Shown here piece after piece: positions 37,613-50,380 of a stretch of DNA of 64,000 nt. Each line of letters starts with the position of its first letter. The first letter of the stretch is position 1. A program made the translations under genes and the position numbers. Origin of the DNA: Rhina ancylostomus (taxonomy: Eukaryota); the NCBI GenBank assembly GCA_030265395.1, contig JARFYF010000050.1, forward strand, positions 29,913,632 to 29,977,631, in the 5' to 3' direction. The notes beneath the pieces were generated by a model. The model ran no database searches and was not told where the DNA came from. It saw nothing but the letters and a program-made list of their open reading frames with translations.

Positions 37613-39554
37613 AAAAACTATCCTTGTTGTAGCCCTCTTGTGCTTAATACTTTGGCCCATTGGTAATGTGTCCAAACTCATTACATTAAACTTTCCACCA
37701 ATCACCAGCTGATCATCAATCTGGCTCTCCCCCACTGAACTCCCCCAACTTCTGACCCCCGACCTTCCCTCTCCCACACAAACTTTTCAACTAGCAGATA
37801 GCTGACAATTTCCTCTTTTCAGCCTGGACTGGGCACAATTCCAATTGTCACAAGTGAAAGCTCAACCCCTGGCCTCGTGCTCAATCTGATTCCCGTCCTT
37901 TCCACGTATTTTATTACAACTTGTGCACAGCGAACACATTTCCTATCCTTCCATCTTATCTCCAATTTTTGTCCTTTTCTTTACTGTCCATTTTAAATGT
38001 TAAAAACCTGCTTTGTCACCGTTCCTCATTCACATTTCCTTTGCTAATTGTCACAATGTAACAGCAGTGGCCTGTGTGCACAATTGTTGAGATCTCTCTC
38101 AACAATGGGAAATGAGGGAGGTAACTTACTAGGAAATTAATTTATTTCAAATTCCAGCTGCTCAGAGGATAATCACCTTTTGTTGCATTGCTCTGCCTTT
38201 TAGAACACTGTGCAGAAGAAAATCTATGTTTCCAACATGCTGGAGTGAATGAGCCATTTCCCACATTTAACATGCTGGTAATGACATTGTTCATTGATCC
38301 AAAGTGCATCAGTTGTTAGTCACAGACAACTGACCTAGCTTTCATTCTGCAATGTACTCTACAGTTGGGTGTTTTAAAGCAGGCCCTTCAGAGTATGTGC
38401 CATCCTGTCATTAGGAACCCAACAGGTAGGCCCCCTTTAATTTATTTAATTACTGGAACTGAAATTACTTCAGAACCAACTCCTCCTGAATCATCACCCA
38501 TCCCCTCGCCCAACCCACAACTCACACTCAGTTACACTTCTCACACTAATCATTTGACTGAAGCCTCCTTCATCCCCCACTACCCCCAGATCATTCAATG
38601 CTTCCACGCAACTCCATGCATCACCAATCACCTAGGTATCGAACATCCAGCCCAACCAACCATCAGGTATTCATCACCTGACAAGAACTCCTTACATTTG
38701 GTAAATCCTTTTAAGTTGTAGAACTGATTTGCTTCCAGTGCACACACGCACATGCACACTCGTGCACACGCACACAGACTAACATTCTGTTTTTATTTTA
38801 TAATTGTACATGAAAAGCCACATGCAATTCTCAATGGGTCTTAACAAGGCTATAATGTGAATGAGAAGAAAATCATTTTCAGAAAATAGTTTGAAAATGT
38901 CTATAGCATAGCCCATTCGTAGCAAAAATAGGGAGCATGTTAGGGTGTGCTGCGATTAAATTATAGTTCAAGGGCGTGCTTGCATTCTGAAAGTGTTTAT
39001 CCATTTTCTGTTCCAAAATGTCATTGATTTTACTGTCTTTCTCTTGGTGTCCATTTCTGCTATAAAACACAGTCATTACAGATATTACAGCATAACTTGC
39101 ATTCTTTATAGTAACTGTAGTCCCACACTGGCAGCAGCTGCTATCACAGATTAACTCTCTCCTCTGGCTCAACTTCAGCTCTTCCTTGGCTCCTGTCCAG
39201 TGCCTACTGTGTGTTATTGAAATTCTGAGGACTTCTATTACATAGGTCATCGGAAAGCACAGCCATTGTTAATGAAGAAAAATAAACAGGCTTTTCTCAG
39301 TCCTGAGGTGGTACCCCAGTTGCAGCTATGGGTTTTGGTTTATAGGGATTTCTTTATGCAATAGGATAACCAAAATAACTCTGCTCACTCCGTGGAATAA
39401 TCAAACATTTCACAAACGTCAACAGTGGTCAAAGAAGTGCACCAAAGATCCAGGAACTGATTTCTCAAGTGTCCCTAACTTTCTAAAATTCAAGCTATGT
39501 TTACACATCAATGGAGAGAGGAATCAGAAATTTTAGTTACAATGAAAGGTAATT

Positions 39555-39645
39555 AAACTTTGGTTTTTCTCTCTTAACAAATGCTGCTTCACCTGCTGAG
39601 TATTTCCAGCATTTTCTGTTTCTGTTTTAGATTACCAGCATCTTC
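39555..39645 (+). mobile_element. Single arm of Penelope-derived repeat
   Basis: atgctgcttcacctgctgagtatttccagcattttctgtttctgttttagattaccagcatct. Confidence 0.7.
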
Positions 39646-41119
39646 ACTTGGTGGCTTTTCTGTGTCCATATTAATTACTTTTAGAACCAAAGCACGAATA
39701 CAGGATCGAGTCAGTGCAGTGGTTTAGAGATTTGTGTTCTATGCACTAATCCAGCCAACTCTGACGACATCAGAATCTCCTCTTCTGGCTGGCAAAGAGC
39801 ACTCTGCATGAGCTTAAAGTGCCCCAACCCAATCCCCTGTGGTCATATTGTTACTGGCATTAAATTGTTGGTCTCTATCACAGATCACAGGATCCAGGAC
39901 AATGTGTGAAACAGAACAATTTAACATTGGATAAAAGTGTAAGGAACAATACTACATCTTAGATTACATACTTTTTCAGATCTTAAACAGATGATACAAA
40001 AACACTAACCAATTTGCGACAAAATATTTCACATCTGATCTAATCCTTGTTAACATTAAAATTGACCCTCAAATGTGGTTTACTTCATATTGGCTTTAGT
40101 TCCATTTTAGTAATTTTACACATATATCATTGTCACGCGGTTCACATACTTCATGTGTTCTTTAAGAATAGGCCATAACAAGTCTTTTATTCCTCGTCCA
40201 ATTTCTAAACAATTTTTACCCCTTTGCTTTTCTTGAAGCCAGTGACTCATGTATTGGGTATAGTTGCTCAGCCAGCAGTGACTTTATATTTTCAAAACAA
40301 GTGACAATTATTCATAGTTGAGTCTAGACTGTGAGTTGTTGGCATGCTCCATAATTGTGAAGAAAGGGCCAACGCAGCACAGCCCAATCTTGCCATTATA
40401 TGGACTGTTTCAAGTCAGAATAATGGTATGTTGGAAAACTCTCACCCAAATTCACTGAACTCAATTATCAGTCTTCCATTATTAACCCAATTGAGAGCAA
40501 ACCTGGGCTTTTCTGGTTTGATATATGTAACCTTTGAGATGATATTTTTGTCTGTTCAGTCCCTGAGATAACAGAGTATGAATAGGACATCTGTCTTGCC
40601 AAAGCCATTTGTGGAGCCTTTACATTTTTTTCAAAACAGATTCTTACTATTTCCTTTCCAGAGATTTAACTGTGTTTTACAAACATTTAATGGAAGCAGG
40701 AAAGAAAAAAAAATCCATCATTAGTCAAAAATCATCACACTGATCATGGTCTGAAGCAAGGGACACCTTATTAAAAGAACCTTTGGTTTCCTCACATCAT
40801 GCACAAATTTCCCCAAGTAGAGGGTTACCTACCATTCTCCAGCAGTCTCATATCCATATATTCTAGGGTATATCCTCTGATTGGACACATGTCCAGAGTT
40901 TTCATCACATGATCTCACAGGTCCAAAAGCCCTGCCCCTACAAATCCTTCCACTGGTTATTCGACGTGTCCAGGGCACCTCGCGGTGCGTGGCCTTTCTA
41001 CGCAGATTGGGAAGTGTAAAGCCACTTCATCCACTGTCTTCACCCTCTTTCAAGTCGCCCTTTACCCATGTATTCCTCGAATGTCATATTCTCATATTAC
41101 CTTAGGCGGCATTGAGTGA

Positions 41120-41410
41120 TGCTGGCTCCCTCAGCAATCCCATCCCCAGCTTTTCCCCCGTGACTTATTCTCTCTCGCGTGCCCACCAAGTTCCCCCCCC
41201 CCCACCCCCCGATTTTCCTGGCACCCACCTACATTAAGGAGAATGCTACCATAACCGGCGAACCTTCCGACTGGTATTTGGGACTTGGGAAGAAACCGGA
41301 GGACTTGGCAGGATCCCACGGGGTTGCAGGGAGAACCTGCCAACTGCACACCGAGGTCAGGGCTGTTGGAGCTGTGAGGCGGCGATATTACTGTACTCCG
41401 GCACCGCCCT
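41120..41410 (-). mobile_element. V-SINE (HE1-like)
   Basis: tttgggacttgggaagaaaccggagga...gggagaacctgccaactgcacac; reverse tRNA head ggagctgtgaggcggc. Confidence 0.8.
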
Positions 41411-41799
41411 GCTGCTCATTTTATTATCCTTAAATATGTAATTACGGCGTTTAAAAACTGTTTGAATTTGCGCCACTTATACTGCCCCTAAGACCTTTAA
41501 CCTGGGCTGGTCATATCATTCGTGGGGATTAATCTTCATTTCCTTGGTGGTTCTGGGACAATGTTGGGGGACTTTTATTTCATGCAGAGCATCTGTTTTG
41601 AAAATCGGGAAGGACTCACATTTTAACTCCGCCCCCTTTCCCCCATCTGTATAAATGGTTGTGCATCTGCGTTCTCTGGAGATGAGGTATAAAGTCGTTG
41701 GATGTTGAAGGGAAGATGGTTTATGAATCTTGTTTGTTGAAATCTTAATTTAAAAAAAGCCCAATTGTATCACTGGTAGCATTTGATGCTCAGACTGTT

Positions 41800-43850
41800 G
41801 TCGAGCCGACAGATCCAAGGGATGATTTTTCTCAAGGGTTCACCTCTGCCTGTCTAATTGCGGCGGTGATTCCCTTGCTGAACGGCGGAAACCCCTGAGA
41901 AACCTGCCGCCGCCCTAAAATACAGCGAGTGCTCGCCGTGCAGCCGCTCCCCAACCAGTGACTAAAATGCCAACCTATCATCAGTTCTCCAACACACCTC
42001 AANNNNNNNNNNNNNNNNNNNNNNNNNNNNNNNNNNNNNNNNNNNNNNNNNNNNNNNNNNNNNNNNNNNNNNNNNNNNNNNNNNNNNNNNNNNNNNNNNN
42101 NNTCAACATCACCCCGCGCTTCACACTGTTCCAAAGCATTGATTTCCCAGAGGCACGGACTGTATTGCGGAGCTGGCGTTCAAATTAAGACAATGACTCA
42201 AAATCCCTCCCCCGACGGGCAGTTTATATTGTCAGCTGCACAGTTGACTCGTAACAGTGCACTGATAATCCACGACCTCCTTCAAAACCAAAGCAGCGTG
42301 TGCACTACACCCCGTGTGTGAAGGGAGATGTAAAAGCCCGAGCAAAACACAGCGACCTTTCCCAGGGAATCTCACCTTACCTTCTGTTATCAATTCGGAC
42401 CCTGACATTGGATTGGCCTGTCGATGTGGCTTCCACATCAGTGCGAATCGAGACCGCTTTACGTTACTAGTTGTGTGAAATTGGATTTTGCATTAGGTTT
42501 TAATCATAACATCTCTGTCCGTGTGTGTGCGCGCACCAGTGTGTATCATGCATTGTACACCTTATGTATACTGAAGTTTAACTGTGAACCCAGAGATTGT
42601 TTTAATCCTGCCTTCATGTACGCAAATCTGGAAACAAAACCTTTGCTTCCTCAAACATCAGACGGCACCAAGTTTACGGATCTTTCCTGTAGGCTCATTT
42701 GTTTTGTCAGCGTACACTCCGGGCACTGTGTGTGACTGACAGCCCGCAGTGATGGGACGAGGTGTCAGTTCTCGCTGGAAGAGGCAGTGCAGCGGACTGG
42801 GGGAATCTCGCAGTGTCCACCTCGCCTGTCGCCCCTCTGCATCTTAAATGAGAAGCGGAGACGGCGGCTCGGTGCGATCCCAGCTGTTCTCGCCCAACAC
42901 ACAAGCCCCCAGGGCCCAGATTGGGGAAGGAGAGTAAACGATAAATAGAACGCCACCTTGCGTTTCAGTCCGACTCATGTTTTNNNNNNNNNNAATCGAA
43001 AGCAAAGCCGTGCAAAGTTTATTACAAACTAAATGCAATTTAAAGGTGACAGATGCCGGAAATCTGAAATAAAAACAGAAAATGCTGGAAACATTCAACA
43101 AGGCAGGCAGCATCCGCGAGAAACAGTGTTAATGCGTTCAAGACCCTTCGTTGTTTGCGCAGTTTCCAGCACGTTCCGATTTTATTGCATTTTAAAGTAA
43201 ATCGTCCTGTGTATTACTTAATTTGCCTTTGTGTATCTGTTGTGGAAATATTTCCCTTTGCAATACATCAAAAGTTAAGTGTCAGTTAAAGGCTGACTCC
43301 GTGCCCTCGCATCCGCCTGGTATTTACAGCTTCTCGTTTTGCAATCGAACCAGTCGTTGTTGAGGGTGAACCCACACTCGCTGCTTCCTGCTTATTTTGA
43401 TCATACCCCGAGAGCTCTGATGTGCTAACAGCTTCGAGCAGCTCCTCGGACGCAGGGAAGGGGGGAAAAAAGTTGCTGCCTGACTCTTTCTATAGNNNNN
43501 NNNNNATCAACTGTGCGAGACTGTCCGGAACCGCGGGACCGACCTCCCCTCTTCGACTTGACAAGCTGCCACGGGTATTATCCAGGATCAGATATCAGCA
43601 GCTCCAAAGTCTTGAACTGATAGTCCCCAGCTCAGGCTTGATCGGAGCCAAGAATGCCGTGTCTGTGATGATGATGATGCTGATGATGATCGTAAAGCCC
43701 ACCGTGGTAGGAGGGTCCCGGCTGGTTGCACGTTAATTAGTTCGTCCCAGTACAACGCTGTGCAGTACAATCAGTTGCTGTCTGCTGGCCGGGGGGTGGA
43801 TGGGACCAAAATCCTTTCACAAGTCTCTCGCTGCACACAGCTACCCCTGC
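41800..43850. promoter_or_regulatory. CpG-rich promoter / 5' region of MYOCD
   Basis: Visibly raised CpG and GC content (e.g. 41860-41950, 42720-42970, 43300-43800) against a CpG-poor background, directly upstream of the start codon. TSS not determinable. Confidence 0.75.
43050..43190. mobile_element. Penelope-derived fold-back element inside the promoter region
   Basis: gaaataaaaacagaaaatgctggaaac...aggcagcatcc / gtttccagcacgttccgatttttatt. Confidence 0.7.
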
Positions 43851-44047
43851 TGTCTAAGAGTACAGAAACAAGTAGTGTATGTGTGTGAGAGAGCGAGAAA
43901 GAAAGTTTTTGGACGAATTCTTATTTCTCACTTGCAGTTCCCAGTTGTCTTTTAGTTTGTCTGAGCCAATTTATGATCTGAAACATTGAGGACAGCTTGG
44001 TTTTGGCCGATTTTACTGGAATTGTCTTTTGCGTCTTAACTAACAAC

Positions 44048-44102
44048 ATGACACTTTTGGGCTCAGAACATTCTCTGCTTATCCGAAGCAAGTTCAGATC
44101 AG
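44048..44102 (+). CDS. MYOCD: Myocardin coding exon 1 (MTLLGSEHSLLIRSKFRS + first base of Val codon)
   Basis: ATG at 44048. The translation matches the myocardin-specific N-terminus I recognise from vertebrates. 55 coding nt end in a consensus donor CAG|gtaaga (phase 1). In-frame TGA upstream at 43979-43981. Confidence 0.97.
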
Positions 44103-47100
44103 GTAAGAGCAGAATATAACTTGATGTATTACGAGCATTTTTTTGCAGTAAATTTAAAATGTGCATACGTCACGTTCAAACACTTTTTGTTTCATTAGAA
44201 TGAACACATATGTTGGTCTATACTGTACCTGCATTCTTCAGTCTGATACTTAGAGAGTTATATTTTGGATTCATTTCTTCTTCAAACCTGGTGCAAAATA
44301 AACTTTTTTTTTTGTTTGCTTTTCTCATTTGATTGTATCTGAGAAAAATGCAGGTCATCAGTCTCAAAGAACAACCTGCAGGGGAATTAAAGTGCAAAGT
44401 GTTGCTGCCAATTTGCTTTTATTTGTATTATAGTGTGCTGGTCAAGTGTGGACCTTTCCATTGTGCAGTAGTTGGCTGGACATCAGTGGTTTGAGAAGTG
44501 TTTTAATTGTCACCTTTTCTGTAAGAATACAATTATTTTTCTGCTCTCCAATGTGAACTACAAAAAGTGCAAGTCAGTCATATATTCCATGTCCAAAATA
44601 AAGAATTAACCTTCTCCAGCCCATTTGTTTGGTCGTTAATACTATTTATGTGTGGATTTTGAATCTTAAGCCTTTGATTCTGAGGCTGATTTTGAGATCA
44701 GCCAGTTTCTCCTGATGTACATATTGACAAGGTAGAAGTAGACCAGAATAAAACTAATACAGTATTACTGTGTCCTTGAAGCCAATTGACCACTGCTGGG
44801 AAAGAGTGGAAAACCATCATCCTCACTTTGGACTAGCCTTCACCCGTTATATGTTTACTAATGTAACAACCTCACAGTACTGGTTTTCCTTTTAGCAACA
44901 AACATTAGCACACAAGATGTATGAATTCTGTTAAAGAGCTTTGGACTTTAATCCACTTATTTTTATATCAAATAAATGGCTTTGTACATGCACTGTAAAA
45001 GTAAACAGTTATAAATGAATTTTTAACATTCATTTGTGTTTTGCTGCAATCACATTAATTAAAACTGTCTCATATGCAAATAGATCATTATGTTGGTTGC
45101 TTAAAACTTGCTGGGATCTATTCGAATATGTTTTAGTGCATTTTGCATTGTTCTCTGCCACAATTAAAAATGCTCATTGATTATTATATTCAATTGCGAA
45201 TTTAAGCCTTTTAATTAATCTGACCATTTTTTTGTGTGAAATGTGCATTAAAATTGTAATAGTACAACACTTCAACATTATGACAACACTGCCACCTTCC
45301 TGAAATAAATTATAATTAAATCTGACATTGTACTTCATTCATGTTTCTGTTTTCAGCAAGGATGGCCCAACCTGTTGCTGTTTTGGAATGCTTTACGTTT
45401 TCATTCTGTTTTTCCATGTTACTGTTTAAAATTATAAAGCAAAACCAACCCTCATGGTTAACAGACCCATAGTGAGGAGGATGCATGAGTGACTCAAAAT
45501 GGGCTGTGCATTAACAGTCAGTGAATACTCATACCAGAACACTATCACCCAGACAGTTGTGATATACATTGTTCTTGAAAAATGTATTACTTTTAAGTAT
45601 TCTACTGCAAGTTTCCCATATTTTCATTGATACCATCAAGAACTAGTAGCAACAGATGTTAAGAGCAAACAAGAATAATGCACCAAATAATACAGTTTAA
45701 GGATTACAGCAGGTGGATTAGAGTTTTCATCTTTCTGACATTGATCAATCAAGCAGTAAAAACTAATAATGTTTTTTTAAAGAAAGTAGGCTCCAGTATT
45801 GGCTTATCTTGCAGCGTGCCTTGACTTGTTCTTAATGGTGTATTACTGTGATCTGAGCTGTGGAGGTTTGCATCAGTCCACTGAACGCTGTCAACTCTAA
45901 GGTTTTGTGCAACAAGAGTCATTGCTCATGCCCTTCAGTTATTTACATTAATGTGATAGACCATACTAGAAAATAGATCAATCACTGCTTTTTCTATAAT
46001 GTCTCAGGGCAAATCTTTCTTGGAATATTAATTGATCTATAATTATGTGCTTGATTGATCCAATTTGAATCAATATTGGAATTGGATTATTGTATTGAAT
46101 ATTTTTGCAGTTCAAAGCTATTTCAACCAGTATGTGCCAGTTGCATTCTGGTATTATGCTTTGCAAAAAGAAGGCATTATTTAAAATGTGTTATGAATTT
46201 TTGAGAAATAAATTTGGACCGGATCACACACATTAGCACCTTCCTACCTATTTCTCTACCTATTTATTGCGCTTCAGAGTTGTTCCACCTTTGAAATCAC
46301 TCTGGACAACTAAAAACTATCAAGTCGCATTCACTAAATATTTAGTTTGTAATCCTTAACACATGAGATTTTTGCAGCCATTTTGGTGCACATCCTGAAT
46401 ATATGTGATGGAGCTGAAATAATAATTTCTCAATTATATTGCAGGGTATAGAAATTGCTTTTCATTTGATAATATGAACTTGGCTTGATGACTTTTACTG
46501 GAAAATAAGAGCTTGAATAATTTACCATAACAATAACGCATGATCATTTAATGTTTATTTTTTATTTTTTTGTAAATTATCCTATTTGGTTCCATTGATC
46601 TGAAAGTATCATCCAGTCCGTCTGCAGTGGCAGCCTCGTGTAATCTCACTTCTCTAATTTGCCATTGAAGAATAGTCATCAGTGAAACATCAGAAAGCAC
46701 AAGTCTAAAGGCTGCTCCAATTCAATCCCAGAGGAACTCTCTTTTATCCTTCGCTTTTCCAACAGCAAAGATGTCATAATGTGACATCTGAAATATTTAA
46801 CATCAACCAATTTCTATATTACTGTACTTTTAGTTTCATCTCATTTATATGCAGCATAATCGGCTGGATGACGTCCTTTTGTGTTATACATTTCCCATGT
46901 TACTATGCTTCATTTTCTTAGTTTTCCATATTATGGGGTTATATTCTAGGCTCCTTCAATTTGCTGTTGTTTAGTTGGTAGACTTAAAACTTGAGGACTC
47001 GTAGATTTTCCTGCATGGGATAAAGGCCGTGAAAGATATGCTAAATCTTGTCCTAACCTGTTTTCTAGCAGGGATTAACAGAAGCTGATCAGGAGTACAA

Positions 47101-47369
47101 ATTTGACAGATGTCTTCTCTTTAACTGACAAATACTGCATTAAGGTGACAAAGTCTGGCGAGATTTGCATATATCATCATGGAATTGCAGGCAGAATCAC
47201 TCAGTCTACAGAGCAAATGCTTTAAAATGCTAAAACTACCTATAATGTAGTCTATCGCTATCCCAACTTTCTAATCAAAGAGTGAACTCTGAACTTGAGG
47301 GAAAATTTAACAATAACCTAAATTACCTGTGGCACCTCTGTGTCTCAAAGTACCAATTAGCTACTTTGC

Positions 47370-47580
47370 TTACACAGAGAGTGGTCAGTGTCTGAAACAG
47401 GCTGCTGCGATAGTGGTAGAAGCAGATGCAATAGTGGCATTTAAGAGGTGTTTAGATTGAGACATGAACATGCAGGGAATGGAAGATTATGGATGATGTG
47501 CAGGCACAAGAGATTTAGTTTAAATTGGAGTTGTGTTCAGCACAGACATTGTGGGCTGAAAGGTCTGTTCCTGTTTTCTA
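47370..47580 (+). mobile_element. CR1 3' end
   Basis: acacagagagtggtcagtgtctg...gtgggctgaaaggtctgttcctgt. Confidence 0.8.
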
Positions 47581-47689
47581 CCTTTCAGCTCACAATGAGA
47601 AATTGTGGTAGTGTCAATGAGAAATTCAGTAGTGTCACAATTGTAGAAGCAGCCAAGTTATGCACACCAATCTCCCTATAGTAACAAAA

Positions 47690-47960
47690 GGTAAGCTGCT
47701 GGTAATGACATTGGGTGAGGGATAAATAGTTGTTGTGACTTCAGGGAAAACTTACCCCTTCTCCACCTTTCTTACAGCACGATGTCCGTTTGCCTCAACC
47801 TGAGTCGAACATCTCACCTGAAATTCAGTGCCTTTGACATTTCAGAACTCCCGGGTGGTGGGGAGGGGGCGGTGGTGTTGCACTGGAGTGTCAGCCTGGA
47901 TTTTGTGCTCAAGTGCTTGGAGCAGACCTGGTGCCTATAGACAAAATATGAGTATTCCCA
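47690..47960 (-). mobile_element. Deu-domain SINE
   Basis: tgcactggagtgtcagcctggattttgtgctcaagt. Confidence 0.65.
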
Positions 47961-48677
47961 ACTGAAAAAACAGCTGACACCTGACACTTCTTGATACCAG
48001 AAGGGTTCCAAAAATATTAGGCACTGAGCAGTACCCTAACTAGTGATAAGAATTAGCTGGTTGCCATGTAGCTTTCTGTGAATACGCATTTCCTGTCATC
48101 AGAGCCAAAGAGCAGAATTCCTAATGCACTACAACTGTCTCAGACAGTCAATTAAGGAATGTAAGGGAGAAGTTCAGGCAGGTATGAACAAAATGGGAAA
48201 GTAAAAAGGGAAAGGAAAGCTCATAATAAAGACAGAGTTAAGTCAGAGCTGAACAGTTGGGAAGAGGACTGGTTAAGAGGTGAGCACATCTTTTTGCATC
48301 ATGCAGTATGAAACTGCACTGTACTCAGCTGTACTCCAACTGTCACCAATGCAGTTGTAGATAAAATAATTGTGACCACAGTTGTATATACAACATATTG
48401 TATTAATAAACACTGCAAGATGTTGTAATTTGAAAAGAAGTTGTGACTCACTGGAAGAATTTTAAAGGTAACAATCAGACTGAGCTGTAACAGCAAGATT
48501 TTTTGGCAGCTGCTTGGTTTTAATTAAACAGCCACGCCTGGAGTCCTCTCAAATGTTTCCAAATCCCAACCGTCTATTGAGATGTAGAATACCTTGCTTT
48601 TAAAAATAAATATTGAAATGCTAATGGTGCAAAGAAAAGGGTGACTTCCAATCCTTCTCCACAAGGCATCACTTTAA

Positions 48678-49628
48678 TTTTACTTGTTCTCTATTTGTTA
48701 CCTATCAGTGACTGCTTGAAAAATCACTGATTATTTGATTTGAAAGAAGGCAAATGTTTGAAGATCATTGTCACTGTTGGCTTTTTCCCAAATGTCTCAA
48801 AATCTTAACGTTGTGCTCAAGCTTTGCTTAGCAGTCATGCTTTCTGTGTAATTACTGTTGATTGAAAGGACTTCTGATGTCTTGGTGCTGGTCACAAAGT
48901 CAATGTAGGATTTACACTCTAGCTTCAATAGTGAATGCTTTATGCTTGTGGTGTAGGTGCAGGGCCACAAGTTTTCAGTTTTCTTTCTTATTGCAAAGAT
49001 CAATGGAATTGGAAAGCCCTTTCACTCTATCCCCAGTGGCATCATGAACTGCTGTGATGCCAGTTACTTTAATAAGCCAGATCAAAAATAAAACAATCTC
49101 TCTTGAGAGAAACTGCCTTAGTAATGTGACTAAGCCTCCAATTTAGAAAAACATCTCGACAATGTTGCTAGCTCAGTATTTCCACCACAGAGCCTTATAC
49201 TTTTACTTTGTAATAGCCTCTCATTGTTGAGTTGTGTATTTCCATAACTCATTCACAGTAGGACCTGCAACACGAGGTAACATCAGAAGAGTGATCCATT
49301 TACTTGTTCTCTATTTGTTACCAATCAGTGACTATTTGAAAAATCACTAATTATTTGATTTGAAACAAGGGGAATGTTTGAAAATCATTGTCACTATTGG
49401 CTTTTTCTCAAATGTCTTAAAATTTTAAGCGTAGTGCTCAAACTTCACTAAGCAGTCATGCTTTCTGTGTAATTACTGTTGATGGAAAGGACTTCTGATG
49501 TCTTGGTGCTGGTCACAAAGTCGGTGTAGGATTTATACTCCAGCTGCAATAGTGAATGCCTTATGTGAAAGTTACATTTGTGCTGTAGGTGCAGGGCCAC
49601 AAGTTTCCAGTTTTCTTTCTTATTGCAA
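48678..49628 (+). repeat. Local direct duplication of ~320 bp (48678-48996 and 49299-49628)
   Basis: Both copies run tacttgttctctatttgttacc...tcttggtgctggtcacaaagtc...gttttctttcttattgcaa. Confidence 0.95.
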
Positions 49629-49959
49629 GGTAGGTCTACTGTTGCAAGTCTACTGTTGCGGTCCAGGTGTACTGTTCAATTATATCATGGCCAATGTATG
49701 CATTAGCTATGTCTACGCAGGTGTGTTCTATATCCAGTAACAAAAAGTCTATCAGTCATTATTTGGAAAACTTTAATTATCCCACCATCCAAACCTTTAC
49801 TTCAAATCTCTATTACATTTTGTATGAGAAGCTACCACCTCATTTCCATTCCAAATGACCTTACTCAGTTGTATTAAGATTATGTCATCACTTTTTATTT
49901 CTCCTGGAGTTCATTCCTCTGTATCTCTCCTACTGAATCTTTTTAATACCCGATAATGG

Positions 49960-50380
49960 AAAATGGAAGCTGGAGTGGCTCATGTGACCCTTCAGTCCTA
50001 CAGTGAGATCAGAGTTGATCTGACCTTTGGCCTTGGCTCTATTTTCTTATCCAATCCCCTGTAATGTCTTGTATCCTCCATAGTACAAAATTCTAAACAT
50101 CTCAACTTTGAATATACCTAATGATTCAACAATCCCCCATCTCCATCTCTGTGGAGAAGAGACTTCCACAGAATCACAATCGCTGGAGAGAAGCAAGGAT
50201 TCTTCATCTGAATCTTCAGAGGTTGGCTCTTCCTCCTGCGGTTATGCCCCTGNNNNNNNNNNNNNNNNNNNNNNNNNNNNNNNNNNNNNNNNNNNNNNNN
50301 NNNNNNNNNNNNNNNNNNGCATCAATCTTATCAAGCCCCCTCAGAATCTTTAATGTTTCAGAGAGGTCACCTGAATCTAC
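49960..50380 (-). mobile_element. CR1 3' end
   Basis: tctctgtggagaagagacttccacagaatcacaa...tcttcatctg, typical reverse CR1. Confidence 0.75.

Noticed and set aside
1-41800. Exons of a neighbouring gene (MAP2K4 is upstream of MYOCD in mammals)
   Set aside because: No kinase motifs or convincing coding exons seen on either strand.
43422-43736. 104-aa ORF in the promoter region as a separate gene
   Set aside because: GTG start, spans Ns, driven by high GC and a (GAT)n repeat. Kept only as a possible uORF.
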